A stretch of 64,000 nucleotides of DNA from an uncultured Verrucomicrobiae bacterium (GTDB lineage: Bacteria > Verrucomicrobiota > Verrucomicrobiia > Chthoniobacterales > UBA10450). Position numbers and translations under genes: made by a program. Location: contig CAWFGO010000001.1 of assembly GCA_963815455.1 (NCBI GenBank), positions 64,001 through 128,000 of the forward strand, given 5' to 3'. A model generated the notes under the pieces. It saw only the letters and a program-made list of their open reading frames with translations, was not told the DNA's origin and made no database searches. This document shows positions 30,813-42,978 of the stretch, piece by piece. Every line of letters begins with the position of its first letter. Within the stretch, counting starts at the first letter, position 1.

Positions 30813-31823
30813 ATGACGCCCCAAATGAAACCGCCGGAACCGGATATCGCGTTCGAAATTTCGCTGCGGCCGCCCGCTTTCAGTGAGTTCACCGGCCAGC
30901 TGAAAGTGCGCGAGCGGGTGGAATTGATGGTGGAAGCGGCGACGAAACGTGGCGATGTGCTGGAGCATATTTTATTAAGCGGGCCGCCAGGTCTCGGGAA
31001 AACGACGCTGGCCTACATCATTGCCAACGCCATGGGGGTGAAAATCAAAAATACGAGCGGTCCCGTGATCGAAAAAGCAGGTGATCTCGCGGGATTGCTT
31101 ACGAGCCTTGAGAAAGGCGATGTGCTCTTCATCGACGAGATTCACCGGCTGCAGCCAACCATCGAAGAATACCTTTATCCGGCGATGGAAGACTACAGGG
31201 TCGATATCATCATCGATCAAGGCCCGCAGGCACGCAGCCTCCGGCTGAATCTGCCGAAGTTCACGCTGGTCGGCGCCACGACGCGCGCCGGAATGGTCAG
31301 CGCGCCGCTCCGCTCCCGCTTCGGAATGTCGGCGCGCCTTGATTATTACAACGCCGAGGAGATGCAAAAGATCATTCTGCGCAGCGCGCGTCTGCTTGGG
31401 GTCGAGATCGATTCTGCCGGCGCAACTGAGATCGCCACTCGATCGCGCGGCACGCCGCGGACCGCCAACAATCTGTTGCGATGGGTCCGCGATTATGTGC
31501 AGGTCAAAGCCGATGGCAAGATCAACGCAGAACTGGCCGATCGCGCACTGGTCATGCTCGAGATCGATCGCGACGGCTTCGATCAATGGGACAAGCGCAT
31601 CATCGAGACCTTGATCCACAAATTCAATGGCGGGCCGGTCGGATTGAGTTCGTTAGCCGTTGCTGTCGGCGAAGAGGCCGGGACGCTGGAAGAGGTCAAC
31701 GAGCCGTATTTGATCATGGAAGGTTACATCCGCCGCACCGCTCAGGGCCGCGTCGCGACACCAAACGCCTATCGAAAGCTCGGATTGAAACCGCCCGCCG
31801 GCTCGCAGGCCGAATTATTGTAG
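30813..31823 (+). CDS. ruvB: Holliday junction branch migration helicase RuvB
   Basis: [30 protein letters not shown]. Confidence 0.97.
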   Translation: MTPQMKPPEPDIAFEISLRPPAFSEFTGQLKVRERVELMVEAATKRGDVLEHILLSGPPGLGKTTLAYIIANAMGVKIKNTSGPVIEKAGDLAGLLTSLEKGDVLFIDEIHRLQPTIEEYLYPAMEDYRVDIIIDQGPQARSLRLNLPKFTLVGATTRAGMVSAPLRSRFGMSARLDYYNAEEMQKIILRSARLLGVEIDSAGATEIATRSRGTPRTANNLLRWVRDYVQVKADGKINAELADRALVMLEIDRDGFDQWDKRIIETLIHKFNGGPVGLSSLAVAVGEEAGTLEEVNEPYLIMEGYIRRTAQGRVATPNAYRKLGLKPPAGSQAELL

Positions 31824-31836
31824 CCAAGATGCCTTC

Positions 31837-31928
31837 GTCATTCCGACCGAAGCGAAGCGAAGTGGAGGAATCCCGCGACGCCGCCTTTCGGTAATGCCAC
31901 GGGATGTCTCGACTTCGCTCGACATGAC
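31837..31928. repeat. Family A palindromic element overlapping probable xseA start
   Basis: gtcattccgaccgaag...ctcgacttcgctcgacATGac. Confidence 0.85.
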
Positions 31929-33219
31929 AGAAACGGCTGATCTCTTCCCGCAAACCGCAAAGGTTTTTACCGTTGCCGAGCTGACGCGACAGATTCGCGG
32001 CGCGCTCGAGACCAAATTCGGCGCGGTTTGGGTGCAGGGCGAAATTTCCAATTACAAGCTGCATCCGAGCGGACACCAATATTTCACGCTCAAAGACCAG
32101 CGCGCGCAGATCGCTTGCGTAATTTTTCGCAACACCATGGCGCCGTTGCGAGAACCCCTTGTCGATGGAACGCAGGTCCAAGTCTACGGCAACGTTTCCG
32201 TTTTCGAAGCGCGTGGGCAATACCAGATCAGCGTGCAAATCCTCCAGCCGCGGGGGCTCGGTTTGCTTCAGGCGAAATTTGAAGCGTTAAAACGCAAGCT
32301 CGAGGCTGAAGGACTTTTCTCGCCGGAACGGAAACGTCCTTTGCCCAAGTTTCCGCGGCGAATTGGGATTGTTACTTCGCCAACCGGCGCCGCCATTCGC
32401 GACATGCTCAATGTTCTGCAACGCCGCGCCCCGTGGCTTCAGATTTTGATCAATCCGGTCCGCGTGCAGGGAACCGGCGCGGCAGCGGAAATTGCCGTTG
32501 CCATCCGCGAACTAGCCACGCCCAATGAAAAATTTGCCGCTGTCGATCTTATCGTGGTCGCCCGCGGCGGCGGCAGCATCGAGGACCTGTGGGAATTCAA
32601 TGAAGAAATCGTGGCCCGGACGATTGCCAGCGTGACCGTGCCGATCGTTTCCGCGATCGGCCATGAAATTGATTTCACAATTGCCGATTTCGTGGCCGAT
32701 CTGCGCGCGCCAACGCCTAGCGCGGCAGCCGAATTGATCGTGCCAGACGTTGTCGATCTTCGCCGGCACATTGACTCCAGCGCGCGCGGACTGGGACGCG
32801 AGTTGCTCAATCGAATGCGCGACGCCCAGCAACGGCTCGATCACGCGCGCGAGACTTTGCGACGCTGCCTCGCCCACAGGATCGACAATTACAAACGCGG
32901 CCTTCTCCACATCGTCGCGGCGTTACAGTCGCGCAGCCCGGCCCGCGAGTTGGTTCTTCGCCGCAATCGCCTGGTCGATCTTCGCCGGCGTTTCGTCGAG
33001 CTGCCCGCGCGGATTCTGGAAAATGCCAGGCACCGTTTCCGCGAGGCGGAAGGAATGCTGCGCGTCCTCGGCCCTGAAGCCACGCTGGGACGCGGCTTTT
33101 CAATCACGACCGACGAATCCGGCAAATTGATCCGGAGCGTGACGGCCGTTCGTCCGAAAATGAAAATTCGAACCCGCGTCAGTGACGGCGAATTCGGATC
33201 GACAATCAGCGAGCGCTAA
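31924..33219 (+). CDS. xseA: Exodeoxyribonuclease VII large subunit
   Basis: VWVQGEISN, SGHQYFTLKD, TSPTGAA, RGGGSIEDLW, RAPTPSAAAE. Confidence 0.95.
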   Translation: MTETADLFPQTAKVFTVAELTRQIRGALETKFGAVWVQGEISNYKLHPSGHQYFTLKDQRAQIACVIFRNTMAPLREPLVDGTQVQVYGNVSVFEARGQYQISVQILQPRGLGLLQAKFEALKRKLEAEGLFSPERKRPLPKFPRRIGIVTSPTGAAIRDMLNVLQRRAPWLQILINPVRVQGTGAAAEIAVAIRELATPNEKFAAVDLIVVARGGGSIEDLWEFNEEIVARTIASVTVPIVSAIGHEIDFTIADFVADLRAPTPSAAAELIVPDVVDLRRHIDSSARGLGRELLNRMRDAQQRLDHARETLRRCLAHRIDNYKRGLLHIVAALQSRSPARELVLRRNRLVDLRRRFVELPARILENARHRFREAEGMLRVLGPEATLGRGFSITTDESGKLIRSVTAVRPKMKIRTRVSDGEFGSTISER

Positions 33220-33225
33220 AGATTT

Positions 33226-33930
33226 CTACTGCGTCAGGGTCGAGTTCAGATCTTCGTCAACAGTCGTTTCTACCTGACCGGGCAGAACGCCCAGAAGCGA
33301 TTTCGCCGTAGCCTGCTGCCTTTTGTAATAAGTGCCGTCTCCGCCTTTGTGAAATATCACGAAGCCTTTGTCACCGAATGGAACGCCCGGCGCGGTCGAG
33401 ATCGCGATGGCTGGGTTGTCGCTGTAGGTAAAATTCCTTGTCGCCAGGAAGATGACATTTGCCCCATCGCTCTCCTTTACCCGGTAAATCTTGAACGCGC
33501 AGTTGCTGGTGCCATTAAAGGGGGGTTGCAATGAGCCCTGGCTGCTACTGCTGGTAGGAGCAATGTATCTTCCGTTCCAGGGAGTAATGCCGGCCGTCGC
33601 GAACACTTTCAGATCACCCGGCTTTAAATAATCGTTATCAACAAGCCGCTGAACAAATTGCGGAACGGTAGTGATTTGAACGGTCGAATCCGTGGAAGCG
33701 GCCAAATCTCCGGGCCAACCATACTTGGCATCACCCGTTTGTGTCCCGTCCGTCGCCATGGCAAACGTCGCCAGATGCACCTGACGAGCATTGCTCACCG
33801 CCTGCGTTAGCTGACCCCGGGTGAGCGCGCCAGTAATGGCCGGAAGCGCAAATGCCGCGATGGTGGCAATGATCGCGATGACGACCAGCATTTCAATCAA
33901 AGTAAAGGCAGCGCGGCTTCTTGTAGTCAT
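33226..33930 (-). CDS. Prepilin-type N-terminal cleavage/methylation protein
   Basis: AFTLIEMLVVIAII. Confidence 0.88.
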   Translation of the reverse strand: MTTRSRAAFTLIEMLVVIAIIATIAAFALPAITGALTRGQLTQAVSNARQVHLATFAMATDGTQTGDAKYGWPGDLAASTDSTVQITTVPQFVQRLVDNDYLKPGDLKVFATAGITPWNGRYIAPTSSSSQGSLQPPFNGTSNCAFKIYRVKESDGANVIFLATRNFTYSDNPAIAISTAPGVPFGDKGFVIFHKGGDGTYYKRQQATAKSLLGVLPGQVETTVDEDLNSTLTQ

Positions 33931-33978
33931 GAAGGCAAGTGAGATGGACCGCAAAAATCGCGGGAAATGCGTAAGAGG

Positions 33979-36181
33979 TCAAGCTTGGAACTTAAACGCA
34001 ACCGTTGCCAGCGGCGGCAACTGAATCAGGATCGACTGCTCGCGCCCCATCCATTGTCGATCCTCGCTCTGCACGCCGCCCAAATTTCCGACATTGCTCC
34101 CGCCGTAGGTCTCGGCATCGGTATTGATGATCTCGCGATAAAATCCGGCGCGCGGCACGCCGAGACGGTAATCATGGCGCACCATCGGGGTCGCATTCAC
34201 GACAAACACGATCGTCTCGCCGTCGCGCGATTTGCGCATAAACGAAACCACGCTGTTATCGGCGTCGTGAAAATCGATCCATTCAAAACCGTCGTAGCTG
34301 TCGTCCTGCTGCCACAAGGCCGGCTCGCTCTTGTAAGTGTAATTGAGATGTTGCACCAGCCTGCGCAGACCGTCGTGGGCCGGAAGATCGACCAGGTGCC
34401 AGTCGAGGCTCGTGTCGTGGTTCCATTCGCGCCACTGCCCGAATTCGCTCCCCATGAAGAGCAGCTTTTTGCCGGGCTGCCCGTACATCCATGCATAAAA
34501 CATTCGGAGATTTGCAAACTTCTGCCATTCGTCCCCCGGCATCTTCGACAACAGCGAGCGTTTTCCGTGGACGACTTCATCGTGACTCAGCACCAGGATG
34601 AAATTTTCCTGGAACGCGTAGAGCAAAAAGAACGTGATGTTACCGTGGTGAAAACGGCGGTAGATCGGATCGAGCGACATGTACTCTAGGAAATCGTGCA
34701 TCCAGCCCATGTTCCATTTGAGCCCGAACCCGAGCCCGCCGAGATAAGTCGGGCGCGACACACCCGGCCATGAGGTCGATTCCTCGGCGATGGTCATGAT
34801 GCCCGGAAAACGCTCGTAGCAGATTTCGTTGAAGCGCTTCAGAAAATAAATCGCGTCGAGATTTTCGCGGCCTCCGTAAACATTCGGAATCCATTGCCCG
34901 GGTTTTCTCGAATAATCGAGATACAGCATCGACGCCACCGCATCCACGCGCAGACCGTCGATGTGATATTTGTCGAGCCAGAAAAGCGCATTCGCGATGA
35001 GAAAATTGCGCACCTCGTTCCGGCCGAAATTAAAAATAAGCGTGCCCCAATCCTGATGTTCGCCCTGGCGCGGATCCATGTGCTCGTAAAGATCGGTCCC
35101 GTCGAACTCGGCCAGCGCGTGTGCGTCCTTCGGAAAATGGGCCGGTACCCAATCCATGATCACGCCGATGCCAGCCTGATGGCATTTGTCGATGAAATAG
35201 CGCAGCTCGTCGGGCGTGCCGAACCGGCTCGTGGGCGCGTAATAGTTTGTGACCTGATATCCCCACGAACCTTCGAAAGGATGTTCTGCAATCGGCAGCA
35301 ATTCAATGTGGGTGTAGCCCAGTTCGAGCACGTAGGGCAGGAGCGTGTCGGCAAGTTCGAGATAAGTCAGTTGTCGATTATCTTCATCAGCCCGGCGTCG
35401 CCACGATCCGAGATGGACTTCATAAATACTGAGCGGACTCCGCGGCCAATCTTTCGAGCGACGTTGCTCCATCCATTCTCCGTCGCTCCATTTGTAACGC
35501 TCAAGGTTGTAAACGAGGGACGCTGTCGATGTTCCGTGCTGGCCGAAAAATGCGAACGGATCGCTCTTGAGCAAAAGCGCGCCGGTCTGGGCGCGGATTT
35601 CGAATTTGTAGTGCGCGTTTTCTTTCACGCCGGGCAAAAATAATTCCCAGGTGCCGGCGCCGAGAAGTTTGCGCATCGGATTCACGCGACCGTCCCAGCC
35701 GTTGAAATCGCCCACCACGCTGACCCGCTGCGCATTCGGCGCCCAAACGCAAAAGTAAACGCCCGATTCGCCGCCGATGCTGCGCAGATGCGCGCCAAAT
35801 TTTTCGTAGAGCTGCCAGTGTTGTCCCTCGGCAAACAAATGCAGGTCCACTTCGCCCATGATCGGGCCATATTGATACGGATCCCGCATCACCAGCTCCG
35901 AACCGTCCCAGCCCGTCAGACGAATCCGATAATCGAGCTCGCGTCTTGCTCCCGGCACGTTCGCGCAAAAAAATCCGTCCCGATGAATCTTCTCCGCCGC
36001 AATGTGGCGACTCTCCATTCCGCACGATATCGATCTTCTTCGCATCGGGCCGAAAGACGCGAATGACCAGATCATCTCCTGCTCGATGCGGTCCGAGAAT
36101 CCGGAACGGATCGGAGTGCGTGCCGGACAAAAAACTGTTCAACTCGTCCGGCGGCAGGCTGGCGACTTCGAACGGCTTCAT
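33979..36181 (-). CDS. glgB: 1,4-alpha-glucan branching enzyme (frameshift near 36000)
   Basis: HSDPFRILGPH, VWAPNA, YEVHLGSW, LRVDAVASMLY, AEESTSW, LSHDEVVHGK. Confidence 0.95.
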
Positions 36182-36269
36182 GTGTCACCATCGTATCTCC
36201 CTCTTGTGATGTCGAGTGGATGACAAATGCACTTTGATTGCGCGCTCTTGCTCGCATACGCTTGGAACG

Positions 36270-37200
36270 GTGCAAACGACCACGCGCGATGCAGTTGATG
36301 AGTTGCTCGAGACTTACGGTGAGACCGGCGGCATAAATTATCTCGAAGCCGCGGCGCTCGCTCCCGTCGCGGCTCTCCATCGAAGCGGCTTGCGCAGAAT
36401 TGATGAGCCTGATGTTCCCGGGGTTCCGCAGCGAAGCGTTGGTCAGCTCGGAAGATCTGGCCGATACCACGCGCACCCGGGTAAGAAATTTGCGCGCCCG
36501 GCTCAAGACCGAAATGTGCCGGAGCCTGGGCAAGATTCCGCCGGACAAAGCAACCGAAGCGAAAGCCGAAGAACTCTTGAATGGGTTCATGGCCGAGCTG
36601 CCGTCGGTGCGTCGCATTCTCTGGACAGATATCGATGCCGCCTACGAAGGCGACCCGGCGGCGAAGAGTTACGAGGAAATCATTCTGGCGTATCCGGCGC
36701 TGGAAGCGATCGCGATTTATCGAATGGCCCATCTTCTCTACGACAAAGTGCCGCTGATTCCGCGGATCATGACCGAGTGGGCCCATAGCCGCACCGGGAT
36801 CGACATCCACCCCGGCGCAAAAGTTGGATCGCATTTTTTTATCGATCACGGCACCGGTGTCGTGATCGGCGAGACAACCGAGATCGGCTCGCGGGTCAAA
36901 CTTTATCATGGCGTCACCCTCGGCGCGCGCAGTTTTCAAAAGGATAATCACGGCAAAATCAAAAAGGGCGGGAAACGTCATCCCAAGGTCGAGGACGACG
37001 TGACGATTTATCCAAACTCGACCATGCTCGGCGGTGAGACCGTGATCGGCGCACGATCGACAATCGGCGGCAACGTTTTCCTGGTCCAAAGCGTGCCGCC
37101 GGATTCGCTCGCCTATTACGAAGAGAAACAGCTGCGAAGATCGTTCCCAAGCGGAGCCACAAGCCGCGGCACCACCGGCGCGACGAATTCAGCGCGATGA
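36270..37200 (+). CDS. cysE: Serine O-acetyltransferase (EpsC/CysE type; frameshift near 36360)
   Basis: AYEGDPAA, TGIDIHPGA, FIDHGTGVVIGET, KRHP. Confidence 0.9.
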
Positions 37201-38486
37201 TCTATTTCGATTACAACGCCACGACGCCACTGTGCGATCCCGCCCGCGCGGCGATGCTCCCTTATTTGGATCGACATTTTGGAAATCCGTCGAGCGTTCA
37301 CGCGGCTGGACGCGAAGCGCGCGCGGCAATTGATGATGCGCGCGACAAACTCGCCGCGTTCATCGGCGCCAAATCTCATGAAATCATTTTCACCAGCGGC
37401 GGCACCGAATCGTGCAACCTCGCCGTGCTCGGTTTGGCCCGAACAAAGTGGCATCGGCATCCTGCCGATGGGACATCGCCTGGAAGGCGATGCCACATCA
37501 TCTCGAACAAGGCCGAACATCATGCGGTTCTCAACGCGATCGAGCACTTGGAAAAGCATGAAGGCTTCGAAGTGACGTGGCTCGGCGTTTCAGAAAACGG
37601 AATCGTCGATCTTAATCAGCTTGCGGAATCGATTCGTCCGGAGACGCGGCTGGTTTCGATCATGACCGCGAACAACGAGACGGGTGTGATTCAACCGATG
37701 CGTGAAATCTCGGCAATCTGCCGGGCCAAAGGGGTTCTGCTGCACAGCGACATGGTGCAATCATTCGGGAAGATCAGTCCCGTCATTCCGACCGAAGTGG
37801 AGGAATCCCGTGATGCCACCCTGAAGGTAATGCAACGGGGTCCTTCGACCCCGAAAGCTTTCGGGGCTCAGGATGACACTGATTTTCTTTCACTGGTCGA
37901 TGCCGCCAGTTTCGCCGCTCACAAATTTTACGGGCCGAAGGGCGCAGGATTTCTTTATCTGCGCAGTGGATTGTCGATCCAGCCAATGATGTTTGGCGGC
38001 GCGCATGAAAACCAACGACGGCCCGGGACGGAAAACGTTGCCGCGATCGCCGGGATGGCCGCGGCCGCGGAATGGACGTTGCGCGACCGCGAGACCGAAC
38101 AAGAACGCGAAGCGCAACTGCGCGATGATTTGTGGACACGCATTTCGAGCAACTTCTCCGCCGCAGTTCAAAACGGCGATACGGGACAACGGCTCTCCAA
38201 CACTCTCAACGTAAGTTTTCCCGGCATCGACTCGGAGACGATGCTAATGGCGCTCGATTTGGAAGGCGTTTGCGCATCAAGCGGATCGGCCTGCATGGTC
38301 GGCTCCGTCGTTGCCTCGCACGTCTTGCTCGCCATGGGTCTGCCGATGGAACGCGCCGGCTCAGCGGTTCGGTTCTCGCTCGGCAAATGGACGACCATGA
38401 ACGAAATCGATGGCGCCGGTAACGCGATTCAACGCATTTGCGACCGGCTAACGAAGGCGAAACAGAGCGAATATGCCGTTGTTTAG
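37197..38486 (+). CDS. iscS: Cysteine desulfurase (IscS/NifS) with two repeat-derived in-frame insertions
   Basis: YFDYNATTP, FTSGGTES, NNETG, DMVQ, HKFYGPKG, SSGSAC. Confidence 0.93.
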   Translation: MIYFDYNATTPLCDPARAAMLPYLDRHFGNPSSVHAAGREARAAIDDARDKLAAFIGAKSHEIIFTSGGTESCNLAVLGLARTKWHRHPADGTSPGRRCHIISNKAEHHAVLNAIEHLEKHEGFEVTWLGVSENGIVDLNQLAESIRPETRLVSIMTANNETGVIQPMREISAICRAKGVLLHSDMVQSFGKISPVIPTEVEESRDATLKVMQRGPSTPKAFGAQDDTDFLSLVDAASFAAHKFYGPKGAGFLYLRSGLSIQPMMFGGAHENQRRPGTENVAAIAGMAAAAEWTLRDRETEQEREAQLRDDLWTRISSNFSAAVQNGDTGQRLSNTLNVSFPGIDSETMLMALDLEGVCASSGSACMVGSVVASHVLLAMGLPMERAGSAVRFSLGKWTTMNEIDGAGNAIQRICDRLTKAKQSEYAVV

Positions 38487-39099
38487 GCAGCTCGAACTTG
38501 GAATTAACGCACCTGTAGCCGGGGTCGATGACCCCGGTCTCTTGGCTCTTTGGAAGCAAGCTGCCGGCGGGACCATCGATCCCGGCTACAACGGCGCGAA
38601 GAGCGAGGCCGCATTGCAGACAAGAGCCTGTGATCTGCTGCGGGCCAACGGGGCCAATCGAATCGCATCCCAGGTTCGCGTGGAATGGAACGCACGGTTG
38701 AGAACCTGCGCCGGGCGCGCTGATTACCGGCACAAATTGATCACGTTAAGCCCTGAGCTCGCCCGCCATCCGGGCGAAATCGAACGCACGCTGCGACATG
38801 AGCTGGCTCATTTTCTCGCACAATTCCGGGCCGGGCGACGCCGAATTTCACCGCACGGTAAGGAATGGCGCCAAGCTTGCCGCGATCTTGGGATCGGTGA
38901 TGAAAAACGTTGTCACAATCTTCCCTTTGCATCGACCCATCGCCGCCACCGCTGTTTGTATCGCTGCCCCAGGTGCTGGCGTGATTTCCCGCGGGTCCGA
39001 CGAATCCACCGACCAGTTGCGTGTCTGGCCTGTTGCCGTTCGCACAATCGTGGAAAATTCGATGCGCGCTTCAGATTGCGACTCGTGAGCGCTGCCTAA
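38473..39099 (+). CDS. SprT-like zinc metalloprotease
   Basis: WNARLRTCAG, HELAH, HGKEW, CxxC pairs. Confidence 0.88.
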   Translation: MPLFRQLELGINAPVAGVDDPGLLALWKQAAGGTIDPGYNGAKSEAALQTRACDLLRANGANRIASQVRVEWNARLRTCAGRADYRHKLITLSPELARHPGEIERTLRHELAHFLAQFRAGRRRISPHGKEWRQACRDLGIGDEKRCHNLPFASTHRRHRCLYRCPRCWRDFPRVRRIHRPVACLACCRSHNRGKFDARFRLRLVSAA

Positions 39100-39102
39100 T
39101 CT

Positions 39103-39242
39103 GTCATCCTGAGCGAAGCGAAGGACCCCTCGAACGCGATTCCGCCGGCGCATGTCCCAGCGCACAACAGTCGGCCCAGACGATGTGAACGCTTGCGTGT
39201 TTTTAGACCAGTGGCGAGGTCCCTCGCTTCGCCCGGGATGAC
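39103..39242. repeat. Family A palindromic element (long subfamily)
   Basis: gtcatcctgagcgaagcgaaggacc...ggtccctcgcttcgcccgggatgac. Confidence 0.85.
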
Positions 39243-39263
39243 AAACGCGAAGCGCAGATCACC

Positions 39264-40407
39264 CTAGATTTCCTTATCGCTCCCCTCGCCTTTCACGGCT
39301 TTCTCTCCCCGCAGCTTCGCCTGGATGAACACGTCGATGTTGCCATCCATCACGTCCTGCACATTGCTCGTTTCCGCTCCGGTGCGGTGGTCTTTCACCA
39401 TTTGATAGGGCTGAAAAACGTAAGATCGAATTTGGCTGCCCCAGGCGATCTCGCCTTTTTCTCCGTATTGCCGTTCGATTTCGGCGCGCTTCTTGTCTTC
39501 TTCCAGTTGATAAAGCTTCGCTTTCAACATTTTTAGCGCGAGCTCGCGGTTGCGCCCCTGGCTGCGTTCGGCCTGACAGGCGACCACGATTCCGCTCGGC
39601 TTGTGTAGAATGCGCACGGCCGTTTCGACTTTGTTAACGTTTTGCCCACCCTTCCCGCCCGCGCGGAAGGTGCTAACCTCGATGTCAGACGGATCGATTT
39701 CGATCGGCGTGGAATCCGCGATCTCGGGAACCACATCGACACTGGCAAAAGAGGTATGACGCCGTTTGTTGGCGTCGAACGGCGAGATGCGCACCAGCCG
39801 ATGGACGCCCCGCTCAGTTTGCAGATAGCCATAAGCATAATCGCCGCTGACCAGCAACGTAACCGACTTGATGCCCACTTCTTCGCCGGTTTGAACATCG
39901 ACAATCTGCGATTTGAAACCGCTGCGCTCGATCCAGCGCTGGTACATCCGCAGCAGCATGTCGGCCCAATCGCACGATTCCGTGCCACCCGCGCCGGAAT
40001 GGATCGTCACGAACGCGTTGGCGCGATCGTTGTCGCCGGAAAGAAATTGGCGCAGCTCGAATTCCGCTAGCTGATGTAAAAGCCGCTCATGCTCCGTCGT
40101 AACGTCGCGCTCGGCCTGGGCTCGATGCGTTTCATTTTGCTCTTCCGATGCCAGTTGATGCAGTACTTCAAAATCAGCGATCGCGCGTTCCAGTTCGCGA
40201 AATGGATTGATGAGCGAACGCAACCGCGAGACTTCTTCGACATCGCCCTGGGCCCGCTCCCGGTTCGACCAAAAATCAGGCGCGCTCATTCGCGCCTCGA
40301 TCGTGCCTAAATCCTTCTCCAGTTTCTCGACGTCAAAGAAACCTCCGCAAATCGCGGACGCGCGATTTTAAGTCTTCCGCATCGACAGTCGAGATTTCAG
40401 TTGGCAT
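39264..40407 (-). CDS. prfB: Peptide chain release factor 2 with programmed +1 frameshift
   Basis: SPF and GGQ motifs; leader [24 protein letters not shown] then CTT TGA C. Confidence 0.96.
40332..40346 (-). promoter_or_regulatory. prfB frameshift signal
   Basis: Minus strand GGAGG-TTT-CTT-TGA-C: internal SD plus slippery codon and UGA. Confidence 0.93.
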
Positions 40408-40442
40408 GCGGAGAAGATAACTGACCGATTACGGGATGCAAA

Positions 40443-40513
40443 GTGTAGCGGCGTTTGTGCCAAACGCCGAACCAAGCGAACAGGCCCTCGCCGCGGCGAG
40501 CGCCTCTACAACT
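40443..40513 (+). repeat. REP doublet, left flank of RAYT
   Basis: gtgtagcggcgtttgtgccaaacgcc...ggcgagcgcctctacaact; near-identical direct copy at 40979. Confidence 0.92.
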
Positions 40514-40528
40514 CAATATGACTGGTTC

Positions 40529-40984
40529 ATGCCCAACAAACCGCCGCGGCTCGACTGGATATTTCAGTCGTACGATCCGCCTCTTTTCTTTGTTACGTTC
40601 AATACTGCTCACCGAAAGAAGCTCCTCGCAAACGCAACGTTGCACGACTCGTTTGTTGAGTTCGCGAGGGCCGGCGAATCGCATGGCGTTGGCGTCGGGC
40701 GTTATGTAATCCTACCCGACCATGTGCATCTCTTTGTGCGCGGGGATCGAAGCTTTGTCTTGTCGCAATGGGTCCGCATGTTGAAAAGAAAACTATCCAC
40801 GGCGATTTCAGCCGAACCACCACATTGGCAACACGGATTTTTCGATCATCCAATCCGGCACAGCGAAAGTTACGCAGCGAAATGGGAATACGTGCGACAA
40901 AACCCAGTCCGCGCAGGATTGGTCGCGACACCCGAAGAATGGCCCTGGCAAGGTGAAATCGTTAGAATCGAGGCCCAGGTGTAG
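40529..40984 (+). mobile_element. REP-associated tyrosine transposase (RAYT, IS200/Y1 HUH family)
   Basis: FFVTF, YVILPDHVH (HUH), WQ.GFFDH.IR, EYVRQNPVRAGLV, WPW. Confidence 0.92.
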
Positions 40985-41049
40985 CGGCGTTTGTGCCAAA
41001 CGCCGAACCAAACGAACAGGCGCTCGCCGCGGCGAGCGCCTCTACAACT
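40979..41049 (+). repeat. REP doublet, right flank of RAYT
   Basis: Two mismatches relative to left copy; supplies the RAYT TAG stop. Confidence 0.92.
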
Positions 41050-41407
41050 ACCTGCGCGCTGAATCTCTCTTCTTCGCGTTTTGTGGCGACTCCAGGCGAA
41101 AGATGACTTCGCCTTCTTTCATCAGATCGAGTTTATCGCGAGCAATCGTTTCGAGGTAAACGGAGTCGGTCTTGAGCAAATTGACTTCGCGGGTCTGACG
41201 CGTGAGCAATGTTTTCTGCTCGTTGACCTGCGCTTGCAGATTGTCGATCTCAGCGCGGCTTTGCGTGAGTTTCTTATAGGGCGGCACGAACAAACTCACC
41301 ACTCCGAGCCAGACCGCCAAGAAAAGAAGGACGATGACGATCCGGTTCAGCCGTTGCCAAAGTGTGGCGTCGCGTCGGGCACGGAAATCTCCGTAGGTCT
41401 GGTCCAC
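41048..41407 (-). CDS. Septum formation initiator (FtsB/DivIC family)
   Basis: Single TM, coiled coil, YLETIARDKLDLMKEGE; directly after eno. Confidence 0.85.
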   Translation of the reverse strand: MDQTYGDFRARRDATLWQRLNRIVIVLLFLAVWLGVVSLFVPPYKKLTQSRAEIDNLQAQVNEQKTLLTRQTREVNLLKTDSVYLETIARDKLDLMKEGEVIFRLESPQNAKKRDSARR

Positions 41408-41408
41408 G

Positions 41409-42740
<1,332 letters not shown>

Positions 42741-42936
42741 TCAAGCCATTTGGAGATTCGCAGCTCACGCAACGGGCTCCGCTCATTCGCTATTCATTCC
42801 AAGATCCGGACGAAGTCCTGCAATTGCGCCTTCAGGAAAATGGTTCGCGACCAACGAGTCCTTCGTCATTGGTCATTCGTCATTTCTTGCGTCTCCATGG
42901 CGCCGGCTCTGGCCGAGCCCCTTGGTTGGTGGGTTA

Positions 42937-42972
42937 GACAGATTCATGTCGCATATGCGACCTGAATCTGTC
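42937..42972. repeat. 36-bp palindrome (one mismatch) just past PaaX-like stop
   Basis: gacagattcatgtcgcat|atgcgacctgaatctgtc. Confidence 0.92.
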
Positions 42973-42978
42973 CTTCGC

